Assembly: GCA_944350485.1 (NCBI GenBank) | Contig: CALVPE010000074.1 | Location: forward strand, 13,989-77,988 | Direction: 5' to 3' | From: an uncultured Bacilli bacterium | Lineage (GTDB): Bacteria; Bacillota_I; Bacilli_A; RF39; UBA660 | DNA length: 64,000 nt | In this document: one piece after another, positions 46,332 through 56,225 of the stretch | How positions within the stretch are numbered: the stretch's first letter is position 1 | Layout: each line of letters begins with the position of its first letter | The notes under the pieces: model-generated | What the model saw: the letters and a program-made list of their open reading frames with translations, nothing else | Told to the model about the DNA's origin: nothing | Databases searched by the model: none | Program-made: the position numbers and the translations under genes

Positions 46332-46364
46332 AAAATAACATAATTTTATTATTAATGGAAGTCT
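46332..46364 (-). promoter_or_regulatory. late-type promoter: AGACTTCCATT - 16 nt - TATTTT/TATAAA, upstream of the neck gene block
   Basis: Minus strand AGACTTCCATTaataataaaattatgtTATTTTTATAAA. Gene start at 46310. Confidence 0.45.
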
Positions 46365-47585
46365 TTAAATTTGTATATATTTATAATTTTTAAATATATT
46401 TTTTACTAAATCAGTAGTATTTGAAGTTTTATTAGCTATTGTTAATATATCTGAACCCCTGTTCATCATTTTAAATTGAACATCATTCATAAAAGCTAAT
46501 TTTAAATCTTCTGGAAAAATATTATTTTCATATCCTACTGAAAAATAAAAAATATAAGGCATTTCAGATTCTATACTTCCATCATTTAATATATCTTCTG
46601 GTACTTCAAAATCACTACTTATTTGCACTATTCTTTGTTCATTATAATTACCAACTTTTAAAACAGTAAAATAACTTGGGTCTATTTCTTTTTCAACTAT
46701 TTCATATTCTGGTTCAGTACTTTCTTGATTATCTTCATTATTTTCTATATTTTCATTATCTTGTATATCTTGGTTATTTTCTTCTTCTGTTTGTATATTA
46801 TCATCAATAATTTCTTCTTTTTTTTCTTGTAATGTTAAATAGCAAACTTTATCTATTTTTCTAATATCAACCATTGGTAATATAATATCACCATCTGAAA
46901 TACTATCTATATAATATTTGTAATCACAATCTAGAACATTTCTTGAATATTTTTTTTCAAAATCTTTTATTGATGAAATTATTGTATTATAATACATATT
47001 ATAATTACTTTCTAATAAATTAGATTTTAAATTTTCTATATATTTTATTCTAAAATAAAAAATTTCTTTTGTTATTGTTTCTGTTTCTTCAACAGGTATT
47101 GTACCACCCATTCCATCATCTTTATCTACTATTATAGTTTGTTCTTCTTCTATAATTTCTTTAATATATTCCAAAATAACAAATGAATCAACAGGTATTG
47201 AATTTAATATAAACTTTTCTTCATTAAAAATATTTCTTAAATTATATACATTATTATTTATTTTTATTCTAATATCTTCTAGTTCATTAGTATTAATAAA
47301 TTTTGTTCTTATTTGATCACCTTCAAAAAAAGTATTTTTAGATAATATTTTATTTTCCGGAACTAAATTAAATAATTCATATTTTATAATAGTTTCTTCT
47401 GGTGGTGTTTCTTCATCAATATTATCATCATTAATAATTATTTCTTCTACTATTTGTGATTCTTCACTACAATAATTATCTCTTATTTCAGAAATTTGAA
47501 ACATTTGGTTATTGAATTGATATTCTTCTTCAACAGTTATAGGTAATTTTAAAAATTTTTCTACTTTTTCTAATTTATCTTTCAT
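46365..47585 (-). CDS. acidic protein following the portal (Mu F-like minor head protein position)
   Basis: Position. Very acidic Glu/Asp/Asn-rich C-terminal half. Confidence 0.3.
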   Translation of the reverse strand: MKDKLEKVEKFLKLPITVEEEYQFNNQMFQISEIRDNYCSEESQIVEEIIINDDNIDEETPPEETIIKYELFNLVPENKILSKNTFFEGDQIRTKFINTNELEDIRIKINNNVYNLRNIFNEEKFILNSIPVDSFVILEYIKEIIEEEQTIIVDKDDGMGGTIPVEETETITKEIFYFRIKYIENLKSNLLESNYNMYYNTIISSIKDFEKKYSRNVLDCDYKYYIDSISDGDIILPMVDIRKIDKVCYLTLQEKKEEIIDDNIQTEEENNQDIQDNENIENNEDNQESTEPEYEIVEKEIDPSYFTVLKVGNYNEQRIVQISSDFEVPEDILNDGSIESEMPYIFYFSVGYENNIFPEDLKLAFMNDVQFKMMNRGSDILTIANKTSNTTDLVKNIFKNYKYIQI

Positions 47586-47587
47586 AG

Positions 47588-48892
47588 TTATTCCTTTTTA
47601 TTTGTACTTTCAAAATTTTTAGAAATTGCTTCATTTAATGGGGCAGTAGACATACCAACTCTAACTTTATCACCACCTTCAACTGCATCCAAATCATTAA
47701 TACTTCTAACTTCATTAGTTGTATAAGCTTCTGTCTTTTTAGCCTTTTCCATAACATCTAAAATATCTTTCATTAATAAATTAATATTAGACTTATTATA
47801 TGTGAGTTTATATCTTCCAGTTTTATCATATTTTGGCATTAAAAAACTATCAAGTTTATCATATAATAAGTTTGTAAAAGGTATAATTGTATTAATTATA
47901 AAGGCTTTTCTTGCTTCTTCTGCTGAATTATATGTTTTTGCACTTATAACACCACATTCTTCTGCTGGAATTCCCATAACCATACATATCATTTGAATAG
48001 ATAATTCAATTAATTTTGAAAAATCCATATCTTTTATACTGCTTGATAGATTTTGTACTTTTATACCACCTTCTAATAAAATAGGTCTACCTGCATTTTC
48101 TGAACCACTATATCTACTATTTAATTGTTCATTTAATATAGTTCTTTGTTCATCAGTTAAAATACCATCATAACCATCTTTTGGTTCAACAATAAAAGCT
48201 ATACTAGGTCTAGCTCCATTTTGTAAAAATGATAAATTAAACTTATTTGCTATATCTATATGATTAATAGCATCAGAAGCGGATTCTAATGGACTTGTTC
48301 CATTATCTTTAAAATTATCACTTGTGGGATTATAAAAAGTTTGTTTAAAAAAATAACTTTTTTCATCATAGTATGGAATATTTTTAATTGTTTTATTTTC
48401 TTGTCCCATTGTAACATTATAATCTATTACATTTCCCTTTTCATCATTATTAGATACATTTACATTACCTGGCATAATTCTTTTTAATGATAAAATATTA
48501 TTACCTTTCATTTCAGCATACAAATAATAAACTCCATAAATAAAAAGATCATTTACTAAATCTCTAATTATTTCTTTCCAAACTTGTTCTCTATTAGGTC
48601 TTTTTAAAATTTCATTTAATAATAATTTTGTATCTCTCTTATGTTCTAGTGTATCAATAATCATTGGCTCTAAACTACAAACAGCATTAGAAAATCTATC
48701 AATAACTGTTCTTAAAATAGCATTTTTTGTATATTTATCTGATAAATCAACAGTTACCACATTTAAAGAATTCCATCTAAAAATTTTTAAAGCTCCATTA
48801 TTATATGTACTTATTTCTTCTAGTTTATTATTATTACTATTAGGAATAAAACTTTTTATATTGAAAATGTTTTGAGATTTATTAAAAATCAT
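47588..48892 (-). CDS. portal protein
   Basis: 434 aa. Portal-like conserved core (...GIPAEECGVISAKTYNSAEEARKAFIINTIIPF...). Follows the terminase. Confidence 0.7.
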   Translation of the reverse strand: MIFNKSQNIFNIKSFIPNSNNNKLEEISTYNNGALKIFRWNSLNVVTVDLSDKYTKNAILRTVIDRFSNAVCSLEPMIIDTLEHKRDTKLLLNEILKRPNREQVWKEIIRDLVNDLFIYGVYYLYAEMKGNNILSLKRIMPGNVNVSNNDEKGNVIDYNVTMGQENKTIKNIPYYDEKSYFFKQTFYNPTSDNFKDNGTSPLESASDAINHIDIANKFNLSFLQNGARPSIAFIVEPKDGYDGILTDEQRTILNEQLNSRYSGSENAGRPILLEGGIKVQNLSSSIKDMDFSKLIELSIQMICMVMGIPAEECGVISAKTYNSAEEARKAFIINTIIPFTNLLYDKLDSFLMPKYDKTGRYKLTYNKSNINLLMKDILDVMEKAKKTEAYTTNEVRSINDLDAVEGGDKVRVGMSTAPLNEAISKNFESTNKKE

Positions 48893-48894
48893 TT

Positions 48895-49122
48895 TTATTT
48901 TTTACTTATTATTAAAACAGAAATTATAAAAAATATAAACATTAGAGAATATTTTAAAATATCAAAATATGTACTTGCATTTAATAAAAAAAATGGTGTA
49001 TAAATCATACATGCAACACAAATAATAATACATATATTGCTAATATTTTCTAATATTTTTATTATAATATTTTTTAAAAAAAGATAAAATTTATTTAAAA
49101 TCATTGATATTTTTTTAAACAT
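48895..49122 (-). CDS. small hydrophobic protein between terminase and portal
   Basis: Two TM-like segments. Confidence 0.3.
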   Translation of the reverse strand: MFKKISMILNKFYLFLKNIIIKILENISNICIIICVACMIYTPFFLLNASTYFDILKYSLMFIFFIISVLIISKK

Positions 49123-51688
49123 AACTTATATTTATTCTCCTTTGTTTAGTTTTATTAAAATAATTTCTAGCCCAATTAATTACTTGTGATAAAGAATCAA
49201 CTGCATCATCATGTACACTATCATTTTTGCTAGGAAATACATTTAATTCTCTCTCTATTTCTTTTATAACATATATTTGTTTTTTGTCAAGTCTAGTAAT
49301 TTTATTATATTCTTTTGGAAAAAATACTCTACCATTATTTATTTCAAGGGAACATGATTTTGCTCTATCTTCTTTTGATAATTTTGGAGAAAAACAAATA
49401 ACAATTTTATTTTTTCTAGGATCTTTTTTTTCTAATAAACCACCATATATTAATATTTCAAGTTCATTAATAATTTCATAACCACTACTTTTTTCTTCAA
49501 CTATTATAAAGTCTGGTTGATATTCAATATACCAATCAATAACTCTTCTAACAAACAATGGTGTTTTTTCTTGTGTTAAACTAGCTTCTAAAAGATATGA
49601 TTGTAATTCTTTTCTTTTTGTAATATTATTTGTATAAGTATTAAATCCCCATAATTGCATTGATTGATAATCATTTTCTCCATTAGATGAATCTATTGAA
49701 ATAACTCTTTTTTCAAAAATAATATCTTTTATATTATCATTAGTATATTTATTAATACAATTTATATTAAATATTTTTGTATCTTCTTCTTCACATTTTT
49801 GAAACATTTGCCATTGAAAATCAATATCATTGTTTATTAAGTTTCTATGAAGTTCAAATCTATTATCATCAAATTTATCTGGAAATATAAAATCTCCATT
49901 TTTGACAAACCATTTTCTATAAGGACTAATAAAATATTTTCCAGATAATAATTTATTATTTTTTGCATCATAATATTCTTCTACTTGATTTTCTATTTTT
50001 GCAGGTATTTCTATATGTTTCCATTTGGAACTGTTAGGAAGTCTTAATAAATATCCAGTTGTGTCATTTTCTGCTATTCTTTGCATACAAATGATTAATG
50101 GAGCTTCGGAACCTATTATACCCCTATCCCTTGTAATACAACCACTTACAATTTCATTCATTTTTGTTAAATAAGTATCTTTTTCTGTTTTAAATCTAGT
50201 ATAATCATTTGGATCATCAAAAATTGTAAAATCAGAATCGGTACCTGTTATATTACCTTGCATTGTTTTTATTGTAATACTACCACCACCTTCTATTTGT
50301 TCTCCATAATTAAATTTTTCTAAGAAAAATACTTCTTCTGTATTTTTTTGATTTTTATCTATTTTAACTTGTGGAAATAATTGTTGATAATAATCAGAAT
50401 TTAATATTTCTTTAATATGTCTAACATATTTATTTCTAACGGTATCAGCACCGGAAATAATTAAAAATCTAGTATGTGGAAAAAATCCAATATAAAGACA
50501 TACAAAAGATATTAAACTATTGGTATTATGGCAAACTGTATAATTATCAAGTAAATATAAATGATTACCATCTAATTCAAAACCATAATATTTATCATAT
50601 CCCATGCTTTCAATATTAAATTTTTGTAAAGATAAATATATAGGATTATCTTTAAAATGATTTTTTTTATTTTTTAATGATATTTTTTCTATATTACCAT
50701 GAATATATATTTTATAAAATTGTTTATTTTTAATAAATTTTGTATACTTTTTTGTATAAAATCCTAAACTTCTTGATAAATCAATTATAAAATTTGTTTT
50801 TTCTAAATTATTGCAAATTATTTCAATTTCATTATTTGATTTTATAAATCCCCTTCCATCAACTATTCCGGATAATAGTTTTAATCTTATATCTTCATTA
50901 TTAAAAATATAATCATTTAAAAATTCTTTATTTTTTTCTATTTTATCTAATATTTTAAATTTCTTATTATTAAAAAATTTATTATTTAGTTTATTTAATT
51001 CTATTGTATGTAATGTTTTATTTTTATTTGATAAATATAAACCAACAAAATAAGGATTTATATCTACTTTTTTATATTTATAAAGTATCTTATTTTTTAC
51101 CATTCTATGATTTTTTTTAAAATCTTCATCTTGTTTTAAATAGTCATCAACAGTGATTTTAATAAAATTTTTATCATTTATATTATATAAATATAAAATA
51201 TGTTCTTTATTACAAGTAAATTGTGTATCATCATCCATAGTAATTTTATACATATTAGAATAACTACTTCCTAATGATATGACATTTCTAGGAGTACTAT
51301 CATCTCCCATTATTTTATCTCCTATTACTATGTCTTCAACTTTTTTTAAAGTTCCATCATACATTCTTATTAATGTACCTTTACCATGACATTTACCATG
51401 TCCAGGTGGAATATTAATAATTAAAAATTTATTTCTTTTTTCTAAAATTTCTTTTAAAAAATCAAAATAATACTTAAAATACCAATTAAATTTAAAATTT
51501 ACTTGCGGTTCACATATTCTACAACATATTTCATGAAACAGAACCATATTATTTATTAACCAGTAATAATCTGGATAAAAATTACCATTTTCATCAACTT
51601 CTAATGTTATATTATCAGTTATTCTTTTAGAAAAAACTGTTTTATAATATTCTAATGTATTTTTTTTATTTTCTAACTCAGAAGTCAT
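49115..51688 (-). CDS. terminase large subunit interrupted by an intein in the ATPase P-loop
   Basis: NIPPGHGK|...|TNSLISF reconstitutes the Walker A motif PPGHGKT after removal of a 289-aa insert. The C-terminal nuclease-like region includes FIIVEEKSSG and DDAVDSLSQ. Confidence 0.8.
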   Translation of the reverse strand: MTSELENKKNTLEYYKTVFSKRITDNITLEVDENGNFYPDYYWLINNMVLFHEICCRICEPQVNFKFNWYFKYYFDFLKEILEKRNKFLIINIPPGHGKCHGKGTLIRMYDGTLKKVEDIVIGDKIMGDDSTPRNVISLGSSYSNMYKITMDDDTQFTCNKEHILYLYNINDKNFIKITVDDYLKQDEDFKKNHRMVKNKILYKYKKVDINPYFVGLYLSNKNKTLHTIELNKLNNKFFNNKKFKILDKIEKNKEFLNDYIFNNEDIRLKLLSGIVDGRGFIKSNNEIEIICNNLEKTNFIIDLSRSLGFYTKKYTKFIKNKQFYKIYIHGNIEKISLKNKKNHFKDNPIYLSLQKFNIESMGYDKYYGFELDGNHLYLLDNYTVCHNTNSLISFVCLYIGFFPHTRFLIISGADTVRNKYVRHIKEILNSDYYQQLFPQVKIDKNQKNTEEVFFLEKFNYGEQIEGGGSITIKTMQGNITGTDSDFTIFDDPNDYTRFKTEKDTYLTKMNEIVSGCITRDRGIIGSEAPLIICMQRIAENDTTGYLLRLPNSSKWKHIEIPAKIENQVEEYYDAKNNKLLSGKYFISPYRKWFVKNGDFIFPDKFDDNRFELHRNLINNDIDFQWQMFQKCEEEDTKIFNINCINKYTNDNIKDIIFEKRVISIDSSNGENDYQSMQLWGFNTYTNNITKRKELQSYLLEASLTQEKTPLFVRRVIDWYIEYQPDFIIVEEKSSGYEIINELEILIYGGLLEKKDPRKNKIVICFSPKLSKEDRAKSCSLEINNGRVFFPKEYNKITRLDKKQIYVIKEIERELNVFPSKNDSVHDDAVDSLSQVINWARNYFNKTKQRRINISYV
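50525..51391 (-). other. Intein (289 aa) with LAGLIDADG homing-endonuclease domain in the terminase Walker A motif
   Basis: Cys1 at CHGKGTLIRMYDGTL (block A). Block B T..H in FTCNKEH. Two LAGLIDADG-like motifs (YFVGLYLSNKNK and LSGIVDGRGF). Block F YGFELDGNHLYLL. Terminal TVCHN with +1 Thr. Confidence 0.8.
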
Positions 51689-51811
51689 TGTTAAAAATTT
51701 TTAAACTAAATATAGTTTATAAATATTTTTTTAAAAGTCAACTATCAAAAAAAATACTTGACAAAAATAAAAAAATTTTAGAAAATTAAAAAAAATCTAT
51801 AAAAACAAAAA

Positions 51812-52165
51812 ATGGAAGAAAACTTAACAAGAGAAGAATTAATAGATTTTGAAAGAACTACATTTTTTTTTAAATATTTAGTGCTTTTTTTTATGTGTGA
51901 AGCATTGAAAGATTCAAGAAAGATTAAAAGGGGACACACATTATCAAGAGAAAGAGAAAGAAGTATAAAAGATACACAGGAATGGTTTCAAAAAGATAAT
52001 AAATTATTACAAGAATATTGTAAATTAGCTATGATAGATATAGACGATTTATTTTTTGAATTTGAAAGAATAAAATTAGAAAAAAATAATAAAAATACTC
52101 CTTATTTAAAACCAAAATTAATAATAAAAAATAAAAAAAAATTGACTTTAAAAAAAAATAAATAA
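51812..52165 (+). CDS. hypothetical basic protein
   Basis: ORF only. Confidence 0.3.
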   Translation: MEENLTREELIDFERTTFFFKYLVLFFMCEALKDSRKIKRGHTLSRERERSIKDTQEWFQKDNKLLQEYCKLAMIDIDDLFFEFERIKLEKNNKNTPYLKPKLIIKNKKKLTLKKNK

Positions 52166-52198
52166 TAATTAAATTATTATTAATAACTTTTAAAAAAA

Positions 52199-52684
52199 AT
52201 GGATTTAGAAAAAATATTTAAATATAAAAAAGAAATTTTAGAAGATTTAAAAGAAAAAATTAATGATATAGAAGATAATGTATATTTAACTGATGATTCT
52301 TCTTTATTGGTAATTTTTGGAGAACAAAAAAAGCCTACTCAATTTGATATTGAAATTAAATTTCATAAATTTGATGATTTAGATCATTTTAATATTGTTA
52401 ATCCAATAAATAAAAAAATATTAGAAAAAATTGATAAGGATTCTTTAAATGATATTACAAAAGAATTAGAAAATATTGAAAAAAAATATAATGATTTAAT
52501 AAATAAAGCAAAAAATAAAGTTGAAAAAGAAAAATTGCAAAATAAAAAAATGTCAGAAAAGAATAATATATCACTTCCTAAAACTAAAAAATTTGAAAAT
52601 ATGGACGAGTTTGAATTATTGAAAGCTCTACAAGATTATTCTAAAAAAATTAATAATATGTTAAATTTTAGGTTTAAAAAATAA
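52199..52684 (+). CDS. hypothetical coiled-coil protein
   Basis: ORF only. Confidence 0.3.
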   Translation: MDLEKIFKYKKEILEDLKEKINDIEDNVYLTDDSSLLVIFGEQKKPTQFDIEIKFHKFDDLDHFNIVNPINKKILEKIDKDSLNDITKELENIEKKYNDLINKAKNKVEKEKLQNKKMSEKNNISLPKTKKFENMDEFELLKALQDYSKKINNMLNFRFKK

Positions 52685-52975
52685 ATGCTTGAAGACGATA
52701 AATTTAGACTAAAAAATATTGATGTAGATTGTAAGAGATTATGGAAGGCAGTAGTCTTACAAATTATACTTGATATTTATTCTTTTAAAAAAGAATTCAG
52801 TAAGAATTTATCTCTTTCTCAAAAAGAATCTTTTAAAAATAAAAGAAAAGCAGAGTTTTTTTTAAACTCTGCTGACTTTGATATTATTTGTGAATATGCC
52901 AATTTAGATCCTAATTTTATTAGAGAAAATAAAGAAAAAATATATCAAAGAATTATAAAAACAAAAATTAAGTAA
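52685..52975 (+). CDS. hypothetical protein
   Basis: ORF only. Confidence 0.3.
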   Translation: MLEDDKFRLKNIDVDCKRLWKAVVLQIILDIYSFKKEFSKNLSLSQKESFKNKRKAEFFLNSADFDIICEYANLDPNFIRENKEKIYQRIIKTKIK

Positions 52976-52976
52976 A

Positions 52977-53606
52977 TTATTCATAATCTGCAAAATCACT
53001 ATTTCCATAATATTTAATACCAGTAATAGTATTTAAAAAGCAGGCTTTGTCGTTTTCGTCTAAAATAGGTACTAAATTATAAAGTAGTGTATCATCTTCG
53101 TATATTTGAAAGTAATATAACTTATAGTTTCTCAAACCCTGTGTAGCAACATCTCTTCTATTATTGGTAAAAAGAGACAAGTTATAACTACCTTGCCAAT
53201 CATAAGTTGGTTCAACAATAGTTGTTATAAGTTCATCATCAACAAATATTTGAGCATTGTATAGCATATATTTTCTTCTAACACCAACAACTGTTGGACT
53301 ATCCCATATATTCTGTCCTACATCCCTTCCCCAAGTTGAAGAATAAACATTGTTATTCCTCAAATATAAAGTAAAACTTAAATTACTCCAAGAAATTTCA
53401 CCACCAAAAATAAAACCTTCTTTAAAACCACTTGTTTTTCCTTCACCTTCAAAAATTATTTTTGTCTTTTGATTAGGTGTATAATCAAGTTTTACATAAT
53501 TACCATCTCCATTAGCAATATAAGTCAAATATTTATATTTTGATTGACTTTTATTTAATAACAAATGATGTCTTAATAATAAACTAGACATAAGCAATAA
53601 CTCCAA
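52977..53606 (-). CDS. tail-fibre-associated / receptor-binding-domain-like protein
   Basis: Directly downstream of, and overlapping, the repeat-containing fibre gene. Confidence 0.3.
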   Translation of the reverse strand: MELLLMSSLLLRHHLLLNKSQSKYKYLTYIANGDGNYVKLDYTPNQKTKIIFEGEGKTSGFKEGFIFGGEISWSNLSFTLYLRNNNVYSSTWGRDVGQNIWDSPTVVGVRRKYMLYNAQIFVDDELITTIVEPTYDWQGSYNLSLFTNNRRDVATQGLRNYKLYYFQIYEDDTLLYNLVPILDENDKACFLNTITGIKYYGNSDFADYE

Positions 53607-54645
53607 TGTTATTAAGAATAGATACTTGATAAGTTTTGCTTGCTTCTATTGTAGGTGTACCACCAACCCAAGAAATACCTTCAATATTTAAAGTTGTAGG
53701 TGTCGTTCCACTTATAAACTCAAAAGCATATAAAGGTGTTTTATTTTCTTGTGGAGCTGTTAATGTGATATTAAGCTGTGCTACCTCACCAAAGCTATAA
53801 AACTTTTCTGCTTCTAATGATACAGTTGTATTTGTTTCTGTAATCATATCAGTAAGAACATCATTTTTAGTAGCATAAGCAGATAAATCAATAGTTCCAC
53901 CTAATTTATCCCATTGTGTACCATTCCAAGCATAATTATCATCTGTATCTAATACATTATATACATCACCAATCTTATTATTTTCTTGTGGAAGTTCACT
54001 TACTGTGTCAACATTTCCCTTATAAACAAAAACAGAACTAATTTTAGAATCTATTTCACTTTTAGTATAGGCATCTTCAATACCATATCCTGAAAGTGTG
54101 GTAGATTTATTTGCTTTACTATCAAGACTTGTTATTGTAGCATATGTTGAATTAGCTTCGTTTTTAGTTAAATAATCACTCAAATCTTCTGGTTGAATAG
54201 CAGAATCGGCTTTAACACCTTGCTCATATGTAGCATATTTTGTATCTGATTGTGTCTTTGTATAAGCATCTGTAATACCATAACCAGATAATGTTGTTGA
54301 TTTATTAGCTTTATTAGCTAAATCATTTGTTGTTGCATAACTACCAGCTGGTTGAAGCCCTAAATCAGTTGAAGTCTTATTACCAGTTAATGTAATTCCA
54401 TTAATTTGTGGTTTATTAGAGAGTAAGTTATAGTTTGTAGTACCACCAGAACCACCACCTCCACCAATTATATCGGAAAGTAATGAAATTGAACCATCAG
54501 GATTTAAAACTTTATTAACAATAGGTAATCTTTTTTTATATTCTTCTGCTTGATAATCAATAGAACTTCCATTTAATGTAGTTATTGATCCATCTTCATT
54601 AAGCATTTTATTTGCTATTGGACTATATTTATCATATTTGTTCAT
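53584..54645 (-). CDS. tail fibre protein with internal tandem repeats
   Basis: G-run GGGGGSGG. Duplicated KANKSTTLSGYGI(T/E)DAYTK units. Ser/Thr/Asn-rich. Confidence 0.5.
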   Translation of the reverse strand: MNKYDKYSPIANKMLNEDGSITTLNGSSIDYQAEEYKKRLPIVNKVLNPDGSISLLSDIIGGGGGSGGTTNYNLLSNKPQINGITLTGNKTSTDLGLQPAGSYATTNDLANKANKSTTLSGYGITDAYTKTQSDTKYATYEQGVKADSAIQPEDLSDYLTKNEANSTYATITSLDSKANKSTTLSGYGIEDAYTKSEIDSKISSVFVYKGNVDTVSELPQENNKIGDVYNVLDTDDNYAWNGTQWDKLGGTIDLSAYATKNDVLTDMITETNTTVSLEAEKFYSFGEVAQLNITLTAPQENKTPLYAFEFISGTTPTTLNIEGISWVGGTPTIEASKTYQVSILNNIGVIAYV

Positions 54646-54713
54646 AAAAAATTAAGTGTTATTATTTTAATTAGATAATAACACTAAAAAATACTAAAAA
54701 GCAAGATTAAAAA

Positions 54714-55160
54714 TTAATTACATTTGCTAGAACTTATTTTATTATAATAATTAAATTTTTTTATTTTATTATCATCGCAGTAAACATTTCCAAGTTCTTT
54801 TTTAAGTACTTGCTCTCCATAATCTTTACCATCAACTTCAACATATCTAAGTTTACGATTGTATCTATCCCTGTCTCTTCTATCTTTAATTAAGGTAACC
54901 TTTTTTCCTTGAAGTTTTTGAGTAGCAAATTTTTTTCCTTTGCTAGATAACTTTTTTATTTTGCTTTTGCTATATCCAGTTCTATCTTGCTGTTTTTTAA
55001 CCATTCTACTATTAGTGTCATAAGTATCTATTCCTAAAATTCTTATTTTTCCATTGTTTTTAGTCTCAATAGTATCCCCATCTATAACACGAATAACAAC
55101 ATCTTCTTCCTTAAAACCACAAAGAAATAATAATATTAAACAAAATAATATTTTTTTCAT
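54714..55160 (-). CDS. secreted thermonuclease (staphylococcal nuclease-like)
   Basis: Signal peptide MKKILFCLILLFLCGF, then VIDGDTIETKNNGKIRILGIDTYDTN (SNase catalytic signature) and RDRDRYNRKLRYVEV. Confidence 0.7.
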   Translation of the reverse strand: MKKILFCLILLFLCGFKEEDVVIRVIDGDTIETKNNGKIRILGIDTYDTNSRMVKKQQDRTGYSKSKIKKLSSKGKKFATQKLQGKKVTLIKDRRDRDRYNRKLRYVEVDGKDYGEQVLKKELGNVYCDDNKIKKFNYYNKISSSKCN

Positions 55161-55169
55161 AACAACCCC

Positions 55170-56225
55170 TTATTTTTTTAATAAATATTTATTAGAAATA
55201 ACTTTAAAAGATAAATCGTAGTTTAAACTTCTAATAACAAAACCTTCTCTTAATGATTGTTTATTAATTAATGAATTACCATCAGCTTCATTTAATATAT
55301 CATCAATATTATCAAATTTAAGAGTTTTTCTATCAAATAAAGGCACAATATCAAACAAATTATTAAAATATTGCATAAGACTATAGTCTATTTTTTGTCC
55401 ATTTATAAAAATATTAAATATATATAGTTTATTTTCTGTTAATTTATAGTTATTTTGTTGTATATTTGGACCTATAAGCTCACCTTGTAATACCACACTG
55501 TTAACTTTATCATTTAAAAGAGATAAAGTTTTATTTTTTAAGTCATGTTTTTCTACATAATCTACATATTTTCTAGTATCTTTATTTGGTTTTTGCATAT
55601 TAATTTGATAATTTCTAGTACAAATACCAAATTCTATGACTTCTCTCTTAAAAAATAAATATTTTCTCTTTTGTACTTTTCTAGCAAATAAAGTAAATGA
55701 TGTACCATCTAGCTTTTCTGTAATATAAAACTTATCTTCTACATCTTTTAGAACTTTTGTCATATTTTGTATTCTTTCTTCATCTGTTTTTTGTATCCAA
55801 TTAGGAAAAGGTAGATAAGAATTGTTTTTCTTTTTATTTTTATTAGCCTTTTTTTCATCTTCATACTTTTCAAATTTAGTAATACCTAGTAAATAAGTGA
55901 CATCTTGACCTTCTTTTATTTTTTTTATTTCAGTAAATTTTGAAATAGGCATAGCTAATCCTTGTGATAAAACACCAGCCATTTTAATAGTTTTAATTTT
56001 ATAACCAACTTTTTCAAATTGTTTAAATCTTTGATCTTCTTTTGGTAATAAGCTATCTATTTCAAAATAAACAACTAAATCTCCCTTTTTTATTTCATTT
56101 TTATCTACTATAACTTTCCATCCTAATATGGTTGCTAATGCAATCTTGTCTTTATTAGGAATTGGTTGTACATCTAAAACTCTTTCTATATGTGCTAATT
56201 TTCTAGTCATTTTATTTTTTCTCAA
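55170..56225 (-). CDS. ATP-dependent RNA ligase with N-terminal OB-like domain (Rnl5 / DraRnl-like architecture)
   Basis: Nucleotidyltransferase motif I ITEKLDGTS (KxDG). N-terminal approximately 140-aa region preceding the NTase core. Confidence 0.55.
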   Translation of the reverse strand: MRKNKMTRKLAHIERVLDVQPIPNKDKIALATILGWKVIVDKNEIKKGDLVVYFEIDSLLPKEDQRFKQFEKVGYKIKTIKMAGVLSQGLAMPISKFTEIKKIKEGQDVTYLLGITKFEKYEDEKKANKNKKKNNSYLPFPNWIQKTDEERIQNMTKVLKDVEDKFYITEKLDGTSFTLFARKVQKRKYLFFKREVIEFGICTRNYQINMQKPNKDTRKYVDYVEKHDLKNKTLSLLNDKVNSVVLQGELIGPNIQQNNYKLTENKLYIFNIFINGQKIDYSLMQYFNNLFDIVPLFDRKTLKFDNIDDILNEADGNSLINKQSLREGFVIRSLNYDLSFKVISNKYLLKK

